Source of the DNA: Phycisphaerae bacterium
GTDB taxonomy: Bacteria > Planctomycetota > Phycisphaerae > Sedimentisphaerales > UBA12454
Assembly (NCBI GenBank): GCA_041652575.1
Contig: JBAZHC010000014.1
Coordinates: 7,137-71,136, forward strand
Length of the DNA: 64,000 nucleotides
Direction of reading: 5' to 3'
Each line of letters opens with the position of its first letter. Position 1 is the stretch's first letter. The position numbers and the translations under genes are program-made. The notes under the pieces are model-generated. The model saw only the letters and a program-made list of their open reading frames with translations, ran no database searches and was not told the DNA's origin. Positions 47,977 through 56,775 of the stretch are shown one piece after another.

Positions 47977-48959
47977 TGAACGTTCTGGTTTGCGGAGGAG
48001 CAGGATATATCGGCAGTAATATGACGGCTACGCTCGCGTTACAGGGGCATAAGCCGATTGTCTTTGATAATCTAAGCAAGGGACACAGGGATGCTGTAAA
48101 AGGGCAGGAACTGATTGAAGGCGACCTGGCCGATTTTGACCTTCTCGTAAAAGTTCTTAAAGAGAAAAAAATCGAAGCGGTGATGCACTTTGCCGCGTTT
48201 ATCGAAGTCGGCGAATCGTGCGAAAAGCCGCTCGAATATTATCGAAATAATTTCAGCAACACGCGCGCGCTTTTGGCTGCAATGGAGAATGCCGGCGTAC
48301 AGAAATTTGTATTCAGCAGCACAGCAGCGACTTATGGAATGCCGAAAACCGTTCCAATCACCGAAGACCTGCCGAAAGAGCCTATCAATCCTTACGGCGA
48401 AAGCAAATGGGCGGTCGAACGGATGTGCCATTTCCAGAGCCTGACGGGAAGATTGAATTACGCGGCGCTGAGATATTTCAACGCCTGCGGCGCAGGCGGA
48501 AACGGCACTATCGGCGAAGACCATAAACCGGAGTCTCATCTTATCCCGCTGATAATTGCCGCGGCGATGGGCAAAAGAGCGGATATAAAAGTTTTCGGCA
48601 CGGATTATCCTACGCCGGACGGAACCTGCGTAAGAGATTATATCCATATCGAGGATTTATGTTCGGCTCATCTTCTCGCACTTGAAAAGCTCGATAAAAA
48701 TTCCGAGCTGGTTTACAATCTCGGCAACGGCAAAGGATATTCCGTCAGAGAGGTCATCGAGACGGTTAAAAAAGTTACCGGTAAAGATTTCAAAGTTACG
48801 GAAGTCGCACGCAGGGCCGGCGACCCGCCTGTTTTGACTGCTAACGCCGCAAAAGCCGTAAAAGAGCTTGGCTGGAAGTTAAAATATCCGCAGCTTGAAA
48901 AAATAGTCGAAACTGCATGGTTATGGCACAGTAAAAATCCGGAAGGTTATAAAAAATAA
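47976..48959 (+). CDS. galE: UDP-glucose 4-epimerase
   Basis: GGAGYIGS Rossmann motif, YGESK catalytic YxxxK, full-length GalE-like sequence. Confidence 0.9.
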   Translation: MNVLVCGGAGYIGSNMTATLALQGHKPIVFDNLSKGHRDAVKGQELIEGDLADFDLLVKVLKEKKIEAVMHFAAFIEVGESCEKPLEYYRNNFSNTRALLAAMENAGVQKFVFSSTAATYGMPKTVPITEDLPKEPINPYGESKWAVERMCHFQSLTGRLNYAALRYFNACGAGGNGTIGEDHKPESHLIPLIIAAAMGKRADIKVFGTDYPTPDGTCVRDYIHIEDLCSAHLLALEKLDKNSELVYNLGNGKGYSVREVIETVKKVTGKDFKVTEVARRAGDPPVLTANAAKAVKELGWKLKYPQLEKIVETAWLWHSKNPEGYKK

Positions 48960-48964
48960 CAAAT

Positions 48965-49921
48965 ATGACTGACTACATAGGTATAGATTTCGGCGGCACA
49001 AACGTCAAGATGGGATGCTTTTCCAATGATATGAAAATGTTATGGAAAATATCCATACCGACCGATGCCGATATGGGACCGGATGTCGTGATTGACAGAA
49101 TGGTTGCGGCAATAAAAGAAACAGCAGGCAAAAAAAATACTCCTTTGGAAGCAATCAAGGCTATCGGTATCGGCGCTCCCGGCCCTGCAAAATATACACA
49201 GGGTATTATTATCCGCTGCGCTAACCTGCCTAAATTTACGAATGTGCCGATAAGCAAAATGTTAAGCGATAAGCTCGGCAAACCGGTTATTTTTGATAAT
49301 GACGCCAATGTCGCCTGCCTGGGCGAATTCGTCGCAGGTGCCGGGAAAAACATAAAAAATATGGTTTTCTTCACTCTCGGAACTGGTATAGGCAGCGGAA
49401 TTATATCCGACGGCAAACTGCTCCACGGCAGCGGAGACAATGCCGCAGAGTTGGGGCATACTATAGTTAATATTAATGGCAGACAATGTAACTGCGGCCA
49501 AAAAGGCTGCGCGGAGGCTTACGCGTCCGCTTCGCATACAGCTTTAAGAGCATCTGAGGCAATAAAGGCGGGCGAAGAATCAAGTCTTAAAGATGTACTG
49601 AAAAAAACCGGCAAAATCACATGCAAGGATGTCTTTGAATATTCCGCCAAAGGCGATAAACTCGCTAAACGAATAACCGAAGAAACTGCTGAAGTTTTAG
49701 GCGTGCTTTGTGTCAATGCCCTGCACTGCAGCGAGCCGGAGAGAATCGTTTTTGCCGGTGGGATGATTGCGGCAGGGGAGCCGCTGCTGGAGAGGATTAA
49801 ATTTTATTTTAATAAACACATCTGGAAAATCAAAAAAGAGGATACAGTTGAAATTTGCTTTGCGACGATTGGCGAAGACGCCGGCATTATCGGTGCCGCA
49901 GCTTTGGCAAAAGATTTATGA
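48965..49921 (+). CDS. ROK-family sugar kinase (glucokinase-like)
   Basis: GIDFGGTN ATP-binding motif and the ROK zinc motif CNCGQKGCAEAY. Confidence 0.85.
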   Translation: MTDYIGIDFGGTNVKMGCFSNDMKMLWKISIPTDADMGPDVVIDRMVAAIKETAGKKNTPLEAIKAIGIGAPGPAKYTQGIIIRCANLPKFTNVPISKMLSDKLGKPVIFDNDANVACLGEFVAGAGKNIKNMVFFTLGTGIGSGIISDGKLLHGSGDNAAELGHTIVNINGRQCNCGQKGCAEAYASASHTALRASEAIKAGEESSLKDVLKKTGKITCKDVFEYSAKGDKLAKRITEETAEVLGVLCVNALHCSEPERIVFAGGMIAAGEPLLERIKFYFNKHIWKIKKEDTVEICFATIGEDAGIIGAAALAKDL

Positions 49922-50500
49922 TTCCATAATTGCTTTTTGGAGCAGGTCGTTTAAGCCCAGCTTTTTTGCCCAATTCTTTAAGTAATCGAAATCGAGGGAA
50001 TTTTTCTGAATGGATAAAACGCCTAAAACATCTGTCCACTGACGTTCAGAATTACAGCCCGATTGCCTATACCAGTCCAACTTGAGCAGGATTATATCCT
50101 CTGGCGATACAAACGATACTTCCTTGGCGATATTGCCTAATTTCAATTTTCTGCTGCGAGAAAACATCTGCCTGTAAAATTCCTTCTCCGGCCGAACAAA
50201 AATATCTATTTTAAAGGCAGTTGCCAAATGTATGATATTAAAGCTGATCTTGCTCTGCAAGGCCTGATTCATTGCTTCCTTACTGACATAAAAATCATTT
50301 TTCAGTGCCTCAATAAATTTGTCGCAAATCGGTCCAAAAGGCTCAACTGTAATATCGGCATCCTGTGTGAACCTCGCAGTGCCGTAAGTCGAGCTTGCCA
50401 TAGAGCCGCCGATAACATAAGCAATGTTCATATTGTCAAGAACATTGAGTAATTTCTCCAGAACAGCGATATCCTGCGGATTATTCATTTTTGCCGCCAT
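49916..50500 (-). CDS. Minimal nucleotidyltransferase (Pol-beta superfamily, MNT/AbiEii-like)
   Basis: IGGSMASSTYGTARFTQDADI fits hG[GS]x9-13Dh[DE]h. The start is ambiguous (ATG 50500 or 50488), and both overlap the upstream gene's stop. Confidence 0.6.
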   Translation of the reverse strand: MAAKMNNPQDIAVLEKLLNVLDNMNIAYVIGGSMASSTYGTARFTQDADITVEPFGPICDKFIEALKNDFYVSKEAMNQALQSKISFNIIHLATAFKIDIFVRPEKEFYRQMFSRSRKLKLGNIAKEVSFVSPEDIILLKLDWYRQSGCNSERQWTDVLGVLSIQKNSLDFDYLKNWAKKLGLNDLLQKAIMES

Positions 50501-50738
50501 AGACTTTATTGTATAATTCCTCGCCCAAGTGGCGTTTTGCCCAGATATGCCAGACCTGCTTCTCATCTGCATTGGGGTACTGCATTCTAATGCCTGTCAT
50601 TGAGAGGATTTGTCCTGTGCGAATTGCATCGAAAATTAATTCGATTTTTTCCGCAGAGCTCATTTTGCGGTACAACTCGTATTGAATTTCGAGAACCTCT
50701 CTCGATGTATCAGTTTGTATTTTATGCGGTTCGGCCAT
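50481..50738 (-). CDS. Small helical protein, partner of the nucleotidyltransferase (antitoxin-like?)
   Basis: 85 aa from ATG 50738. The longer ORF-track start runs through the tRNA. Translationally coupled to the downstream NTase gene. Confidence 0.5.
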   Translation of the reverse strand: MAEPHKIQTDTSREVLEIQYELYRKMSSAEKIELIFDAIRTGQILSMTGIRMQYPNADEKQVWHIWAKRHLGEELYNKVYGGKNE

Positions 50739-50740
50739 AA

Positions 50741-50812
50741 AGCCGGTGGTGGGATTCGAACCCAAAACCTCGGCTTTACGAAAGCCGCGCTCTACCGTTG
50801 AGCTACACCGGC
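50741..50812 (-). tRNA. tRNA-Thr (anticodon CGT)
   Basis: Minus-strand cloverleaf. Acceptor GCCGGTG/CACCGGC, D-arm GCTC-AACGGTA-GAGC, anticodon arm CGGCT-TTCGTAA-AGCCG, T-loop TTCGAAT. Confidence 0.85.
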
Positions 50813-50831
50813 ACAAATCAAGCATCTCGTT

Positions 50832-50870
50832 ATTCGTGAAGCGTGAAGCGAAATACGAGATACGATGAAT
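50832..50870. repeat. Short-period array ATTCGTGAAGCGTGAAGCGAAATACGAGATACGATGAAT upstream of tRNA-Thr
   Basis: 7-nt period CG-initiated units. Shares the ATTCGTG start with the 27108-27165 arrays. Confidence 0.7.
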
Positions 50871-51042
50871 AATAACTAATCGGTCAATTATTGTAAAGCA
50901 AAGACTCCGAAACCGGCTTTGCCGGTAAAATAATATAATGTTCTTGAAAATTTTATGGAATTGTGCTATAAAATTTGGTACAATAAATGAACCAATTTTT
51001 AAATTTTATAATTACTTACAAACAAAGGACTTGCGATAGATT

Positions 51043-52317
51043 ATGCTGTTTTGCGGCAAAGGAAATCCACAAATAAACTTGAGTGCCGACGACCTGAAAG
51101 CCGGTCTGTTTTCAGCACTTAAAAAGCTCGGCAGCCGTAAAAAAGTTCTCGTTATCGGCCCCGACATTACACGAATGTATTCGCGGGCGGGCGAGCTTAC
51201 CTATATGTCGTACCAGTATTACGGCGACAGGCTGACCGATATTCTGCCTGCACTGGGAACGCACGTTCCGATGACCGAAGAAGAAATAAAAAAAATGTAC
51301 GGCCAGACGCCGGTAAGTCTTTTCAGGAATCATAACTGGCGGACGGACATTGTTACGCTCGGGCAGGTGCCCGGCGATTTCGTAAAAAAAGTAACCGACG
51401 GCAAACTGGATTATGACTGGCCCGCGCAAGTGAACAGGCTGCTTGTCGAAGGCGGCTTTGATTTGATTCTGTCAATCGGCCAGGTTGTGCCGCACGAGGT
51501 CGCGGGTATGGCCAACTACAACAAAAATATTTTCGTCGGAACAGGCGGGCAGGAAGGCATAAACAGAAGTCATTTCATCGGCGCCGTCTGCAATATGGAA
51601 AAAATTATGGGCAGGGCGGATAATCCTGTTCGCAAGGTTTTGAATTATGCATCGGAGCATTTCGCCAAACACCTGCCGATAGTTTATGTTCAGACAGTAC
51701 TTGCACCGGATGAAAACAGAAAGATGCAGACAAGGGGACTTTTCATCGGTGACGATATCGAGTGTTTCAACAAGGCCTGCGAGCTTTGTCTGAAGGTTAA
51801 TTTTACCATGCTCGATGAGCCTATAAAGAAAGCGGTTGTATATCTCGACCCGCACGAATATAAAAGCACCTGGCTTGGAAACAAAAGCATTTATCGAACG
51901 AGAATGGCAATGGCTGATAATGGCCGCCTGATTGTTTTGGCGCCGGGAGTCGCGGAATTCGGCGAAGACAGGCAGATAGATACGCTTATCAGAAAATACG
52001 GCTATGTCGGCACGGAAAAAGTGCTTAAATTTGTCAAGGAAAATGATGATTTAAAAGCGAATCTAAGCGCAGCCGCTCATCTTATTCACGGTTCGAGCGA
52101 AGGCAGATTCAAAATAACTTATTGCCCGGGAAAATTAACGAGGAAGGAAATCGAATCGGTTAATTTCGAATACGGCGACCTTTCCGAAATGAGGGACCTT
52201 TATAATCCCGACAATCTTCAAAATGGTATAAATACTATGCCGGATGGAGAAGAAATATTTTTCATTTCCAATCCGGGTCTGGGCCTTTGGGCGTATAAAA
52301 ACAGATTTAGTCGATAA
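51043..52317 (+). CDS. LarA-like (DUF2088) nickel-pincer-cofactor-type hydroxyacid racemase/epimerase homolog
   Basis: ALGTHVP (first catalytic His region). PHEVAGMANYNK has His and Lys spaced 10 apart, as in LarA PHFFAGFSGGRK. A further His lies 16 residues after the Lys. Confidence 0.7.
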   Translation: MLFCGKGNPQINLSADDLKAGLFSALKKLGSRKKVLVIGPDITRMYSRAGELTYMSYQYYGDRLTDILPALGTHVPMTEEEIKKMYGQTPVSLFRNHNWRTDIVTLGQVPGDFVKKVTDGKLDYDWPAQVNRLLVEGGFDLILSIGQVVPHEVAGMANYNKNIFVGTGGQEGINRSHFIGAVCNMEKIMGRADNPVRKVLNYASEHFAKHLPIVYVQTVLAPDENRKMQTRGLFIGDDIECFNKACELCLKVNFTMLDEPIKKAVVYLDPHEYKSTWLGNKSIYRTRMAMADNGRLIVLAPGVAEFGEDRQIDTLIRKYGYVGTEKVLKFVKENDDLKANLSAAAHLIHGSSEGRFKITYCPGKLTRKEIESVNFEYGDLSEMRDLYNPDNLQNGINTMPDGEEIFFISNPGLGLWAYKNRFSR

Positions 52318-52332
52318 ATAAGGAGCAAAAAA

Positions 52333-53406
52333 ATGCCAAAAACAGAAACGCATAAATATGCTTTACTCGTTCCGACCAGTATGGGTATTCGGTTAACTCC
52401 TGTTAATTCTCAGCCTTTTCATTGCAGCGATACCTTTAAAATGCAGGCAACCAGCGCAGAAAGTAATGTAGCGTCTGTTTCTTCGTATCTTGGTATGCCG
52501 GTCAAAATTTTGACGGCATTTGTTAAAGGCAGTCCTGTTTCGCATTTTATAAAGGACAATCTAAATAGTCGTCGAATGGATTTTGAAGGCCGTGAATTTG
52601 GGCAGGGCGGCCCGTGGGGTTATCGCCATCAAATTAATATGGCTGACAGCGGCTGGGGTACACGCGGGCCGAGAGTTCATAATGACCGGGCTGGTGAAGT
52701 TGGAAGAGAACTTAGCGCCGAAGATTTTGATTTTGAGAGAATTTTTGCAAAGGAAGGTGCAAAGATTGTACATCTTTCCGGTTTAATTGCCGCGTTGTCG
52801 CCGAAGACGAGTAAATTTTGTCTTGATATTGCGAGAATTGCCAAGAAAAATGGTTCGTTAATATCATTTGACCTCAATCATAGAGCAAGTTTCTGGAAGG
52901 ATAGAGAAAAAGAGCTTTCAGAAATATTTGCTGAAATTGCATCCCTCAGCGATATACTGATTGGTAATGAAGAAGATTTTCAGTTATGTCTCGGCGTAGA
53001 AGGTCCCCAGACCGGCGGCAAAGGGCTTGAAGATAAAATAGACGGCTTTAAAGAGATGATTAGCAGGGTGCAAAAGGCTTATCCGAATGCTACTTATTTT
53101 GGAACAACGCTTCGTGAGGTTATCTCGGCCAATAGTCATATGTGGGGTGCACTGGTGACAGACAAAAAGAATTGGGAAATTATTAAGCCGCGTCAGATAG
53201 GTGTTCTTGACCGTATTGGCGGCGGTGATGGTTTTGTCGGCGGTTTGCTTTACGGCATACTCAGGGGCTGGGATGTGACAAAATGTGCCAGGTTCGGCTG
53301 GGCAACAGGAGCTCTTGCAGCTACGATGCTTACCGACTATGCCCAGCCTGCTGACGAAGAACAGGTGTGGAGTATATGGGAAGGTAACGCAAGAGTTAAG
53401 CGATAA
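52333..53406 (+). CDS. PfkB-family sugar/sugar-acid kinase (KdgK-like)
   Basis: 357 aa with ribokinase-like organisation and the C-terminal anion-hole motif DRIGGGDGF. Confidence 0.8.
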   Translation: MPKTETHKYALLVPTSMGIRLTPVNSQPFHCSDTFKMQATSAESNVASVSSYLGMPVKILTAFVKGSPVSHFIKDNLNSRRMDFEGREFGQGGPWGYRHQINMADSGWGTRGPRVHNDRAGEVGRELSAEDFDFERIFAKEGAKIVHLSGLIAALSPKTSKFCLDIARIAKKNGSLISFDLNHRASFWKDREKELSEIFAEIASLSDILIGNEEDFQLCLGVEGPQTGGKGLEDKIDGFKEMISRVQKAYPNATYFGTTLREVISANSHMWGALVTDKKNWEIIKPRQIGVLDRIGGGDGFVGGLLYGILRGWDVTKCARFGWATGALAATMLTDYAQPADEEQVWSIWEGNARVKR

Positions 53407-53474
53407 TACCTTTGAGATTAGAAATTGTGAGTTTTACAAAAATCTTTTTTTATTAAAATACGGAGAACAAAAAA

Positions 53475-54926
53475 ATGTCGAAAGCGGATATTGGTTTAAT
53501 TGGTCTTGCGGTAATGGGTGAAAATCTTATCCTTAATATGGAAAGCAAAGGTTTTACCGTTGCATGTTTTAATCGTACTGTTTCGAAGGTCGATAACTTT
53601 ATGAACGACAGAGCGAAGGGCAAAAACATAATCGGCTGTCATTCAATCGAGGAGCTTTGCGCAAATCTTAAAACGCCGCGAAAAGTTATGCTGATGGTCA
53701 AAGCAGGCCAGGCGGTGGATGATTTTATCGAACTGGTACTGCCGCACCTTGAAAACGGAGACATCATTATAGACGGCGGAAACAGCCATTTCCCCGATAC
53801 CACACGCAGAACAAAATATGTCGAGAGCAAAGGCAAACTTTACATTGGCACCGGCGTTTCCGGCGGCGAAGAAGGCGCTTTGACGGGGCCATCGATTATG
53901 CCCGGCGGTTCGCCTGCTGCGTGGCCGGCGGTGAAACCGATCTTCCAGAAAATTTCAGCTCACACTGAAACCGGCGAACCATGCTGCGACTGGGTCGGCG
54001 AAAACGGCGCAGGCCATTTCGTGAAAATGGTTCACAACGGCATCGAATACGGCGATATGCAGATGATTTGCGAAACATACCAGATGATGAAGCAGGGTCT
54101 TGGTATGAGCAACGATGAAATGCACAACGTTCTTGCCGAGTGGAACAAGGGCGAGCTTGATTCATACTTAATAGAAATTACCCGCGACATTCTCGGCTAT
54201 AAAGACGAGCAGGGCAAAGAAGTTGTTGACCTGATTCTCGATAGGGCAGGCCAAAAAGGAACCGGCAAATGGACGGCGATTGCCGCTCTCGATGCCGGCC
54301 AGCCGTTGACGCTTATAGGCGAAGCGGTTTTCGCAAGGTGCCTCTCGGCGATGAAAGATGAACGCGTTGAAGCGTCAAAAATACTCGCAGGCCCAAATAA
54401 GCCGTTCAAAGGCGACAAGGCGAAAATGATTGACGATTTACGCAAAGCTCTCTACGCGGCGAAAATCGTAAGTTACGCGCAGGGTTATCAGCTTATGCGT
54501 GCGGTCGCCAAAGAATCCGGCTGGAATCTCAACTACGGCGGTATCGCTCTTATGTGGCGTGGCGGCTGTATTATTCGTTCGGCATTTCTGGGCAAGATTA
54601 AGGCCGCGTTCAAGAAAAATCCGGCTCTTGTCAATCTGCTGCTCGACCCGTTCTTCAAGAGCGCAGTAAAGAAATCGCAGGGTTCATGGAGAAGAGTCAT
54701 ACGAGCCGCTGTTGACCTTGGCATTCCAATGCCTGCTGTAGGTGCGGCACTGTCTTATTATGACGGTTATAGGGCTGAAAGACTGCCGGCAAATCTCCTG
54801 CAGGCTCAGCGCGATTATTTCGGCGCTCATACTTATGAGCGAGTCGATAAACCACGCGGTCAGGTATTCCATACGAATTGGACCGGCCGCGGCGGCACTA
54901 CCAGCGCTTCGACTTATATTGCGTAA
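53475..54926 (+). CDS. gnd: 6-phosphogluconate dehydrogenase, decarboxylating
   Basis: IGLIGLAVMGENL Rossmann N-terminus. Full-length 483-aa Gnd-like sequence (GAGHFVKMVHNGIEYGDMQ). Confidence 0.95.
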   Translation: MSKADIGLIGLAVMGENLILNMESKGFTVACFNRTVSKVDNFMNDRAKGKNIIGCHSIEELCANLKTPRKVMLMVKAGQAVDDFIELVLPHLENGDIIIDGGNSHFPDTTRRTKYVESKGKLYIGTGVSGGEEGALTGPSIMPGGSPAAWPAVKPIFQKISAHTETGEPCCDWVGENGAGHFVKMVHNGIEYGDMQMICETYQMMKQGLGMSNDEMHNVLAEWNKGELDSYLIEITRDILGYKDEQGKEVVDLILDRAGQKGTGKWTAIAALDAGQPLTLIGEAVFARCLSAMKDERVEASKILAGPNKPFKGDKAKMIDDLRKALYAAKIVSYAQGYQLMRAVAKESGWNLNYGGIALMWRGGCIIRSAFLGKIKAAFKKNPALVNLLLDPFFKSAVKKSQGSWRRVIRAAVDLGIPMPAVGAALSYYDGYRAERLPANLLQAQRDYFGAHTYERVDKPRGQVFHTNWTGRGGTTSASTYIA

Positions 54927-54998
54927 AACGTCATTTCGAGCGAAGTCGTTGGAGCGGAGCAGAAACCCTCGCAGAGGGAAAAATCTAAAAAATAAAAA

Positions 54999-55031
54999 CC
55001 CGCATTCGGCAATTCCGGATGCGGGCTTTTT
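54999..55031 (+). terminator. Rho-independent terminator of gnd
   Basis: CCCGCATTCGG-caat-t-CCGGATGCGGG (11-bp stem with one G:U pair) followed by CTTTTTTATT. Confidence 0.65.
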
Positions 55032-55054
55032 TATTGTTTTGTCATTGCAAGCAG

Positions 55055-55124
55055 CTCGTCCTCCGTAGCCCCTGCCCTGCATAGCATATAGTGCGGCGTA
55101 GGGTTAGCGAAGGAGGAAGCGAAG
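55055..55124 (+). repeat. ~70-nt REP-like repeat, copy 2
   Basis: ctcgtcctccgtagcccctgccctgcatagcatatagtgcggcgtagggttagcgaaggaggaagcgaag. It is embedded between gtcattgcaagc and gcgaagcaatc. Confidence 0.85.
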
Positions 55125-55133
55125 CAATCTCGT

Positions 55134-56744
55134 TTAGTGTTTGAAATGTCTTTTTCCTGTAAAGACCATAGCGATGCCGTATTTATCCGCCGCTGCGATA
55201 ACTTCGTCATCTTTCTTTGACCCGCCGGGCTGGATTATACAGGCAACTCCGTGCTTTGCGGCCTGGTCGATATTATCAGGGAATGGGAAGAACGCATCGC
55301 TGCCCATCGCACAGCCTTTCGGGTCCTCGGCTGAATTTTTGAAAGCGATAAAGCCGGACTCGACACGGTTCATCTGTCCTGCGCCGACGCCGATAAGTCT
55401 TCTGTCTTTTACGAGCGTAATTGTATTGCTCTTTACGTGCTTTGCGCAAATCCATGCGATTCGCAAATCTTCAAGCTGTTCCTTGTTCGGTTTTACCTTT
55501 GTCGGATAGGTCAGCAGGGCGGGTTCCCAGCCGATAAGGTCTCTGTCCTGCAGCAGCATACCGCCGACGATGCAGCGGACATCGAATTCGCCGCAGTTGA
55601 TTTTTGCCCTGTCGATTGCCGATGTTGACATAAGCCTCACGCGTTTGCCCCATGGCTTGAGAGTCCTGATTGTTTCAAGTGCGTCGTCGTCGAATCCCGG
55701 CGCGATTATAACTTCGGCGAAGAATCCGGCAGCACCTTTTGCTTTGCCGAACCGTGAATAAGATTCCATTACCGTCGTGGCAAGGTTCTTATCGACCTTT
55801 CTGTTCAGAGCGATAATTCCACCGAATGCGCTTGTAACATCTGTTTCGTAAGCTTTTTGATATGCCTTGTGAATATCGTCATCGATTGCGCAGCCGCAGG
55901 GATTAAGATGTTTTACAACAATCGCCGCCGGCTCGGCGAATTCCTTTACAAGCTCGAATGCCGCATTAACATCGAGCAGATTATTGAAGCTTATCTGCGT
56001 TTCGTCTTCCATAATTTTCGCAGATGACACATTTACCTCTTCGTTTGCCGGAAGTTTATAAAACGCTCCGCTCTGATGAGGATTTTCGCCGTAACGCAGT
56101 TCCTTCACTTTTGACAGGGCGATGCTTATTCTTTCCGGATACCTTACGCCTGCCTGTTTATTGAGATATTTCGATATCGCGGCATCGTAACCTGCCGTCA
56201 GGCCGAACGCGATTCTTGCGAAATCGCTTCTCGTTTTTTCGCTTACGGAACCGCCGCTTGCCTTCATCTCCGCGATTACTTTTTCGTACTGGCAGGAGCT
56301 TGTAACTACCGTAACAAATTTATGATTTTTCGCAGCCGAACGAACCATGCTTGGGCCACCGATGTCTATATTTTCAATCGCGTCTTCGAATTTGCAGCCG
56401 GGTTTGGCGACAGTTTGTTCGAATGGATAAAGATTGATGCAGACCATATCAATCGGCTCGATGCCGTGCTTTTTCATCGCTGCCTGATGTTCGGTGTTAT
56501 CGCGGATACTCAACAGCCCGCCGTGGATTTTCGGATGAAGTGTCTTTACTCTGCCGTCCATCATTTCAGGAAAGCCGGTCACCGAATCTATACTGACAAC
56601 ATTTACACCGGCGAGAGCAAGTGCCTTGGCTGTTCCGCCGGTACTGATGATTTTTACGCCCATTGCCGAAAGATTTTTTGCAAAATCGACAATACCTGCT
56701 TTATCCGATACGCTGATTAGTGCCGTCCTGACTTTCACATCCAT
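55134..56744 (-). CDS. purH: Bifunctional AICAR formyltransferase/IMP cyclohydrolase
   Basis: 536 aa. The N-terminus (ALISVSDKAGIVDFAK...GGTA) and the C-terminal AICARFT region are typical PurH. Confidence 0.95.
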   Translation of the reverse strand: MDVKVRTALISVSDKAGIVDFAKNLSAMGVKIISTGGTAKALALAGVNVVSIDSVTGFPEMMDGRVKTLHPKIHGGLLSIRDNTEHQAAMKKHGIEPIDMVCINLYPFEQTVAKPGCKFEDAIENIDIGGPSMVRSAAKNHKFVTVVTSSCQYEKVIAEMKASGGSVSEKTRSDFARIAFGLTAGYDAAISKYLNKQAGVRYPERISIALSKVKELRYGENPHQSGAFYKLPANEEVNVSSAKIMEDETQISFNNLLDVNAAFELVKEFAEPAAIVVKHLNPCGCAIDDDIHKAYQKAYETDVTSAFGGIIALNRKVDKNLATTVMESYSRFGKAKGAAGFFAEVIIAPGFDDDALETIRTLKPWGKRVRLMSTSAIDRAKINCGEFDVRCIVGGMLLQDRDLIGWEPALLTYPTKVKPNKEQLEDLRIAWICAKHVKSNTITLVKDRRLIGVGAGQMNRVESGFIAFKNSAEDPKGCAMGSDAFFPFPDNIDQAAKHGVACIIQPGGSKKDDEVIAAADKYGIAMVFTGKRHFKH

Positions 56745-56775
56745 TTGATTTTTCCTTCTCCTTAAGGTTATGGTT

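Noticed and set aside
50739-50825. N-terminal extension of ORF 50481-50825.
   Set aside because: The extension is the reverse-strand reading of tRNA-Thr (50741-50812). The internal ATG at 50738 gives a clean 85-aa product.
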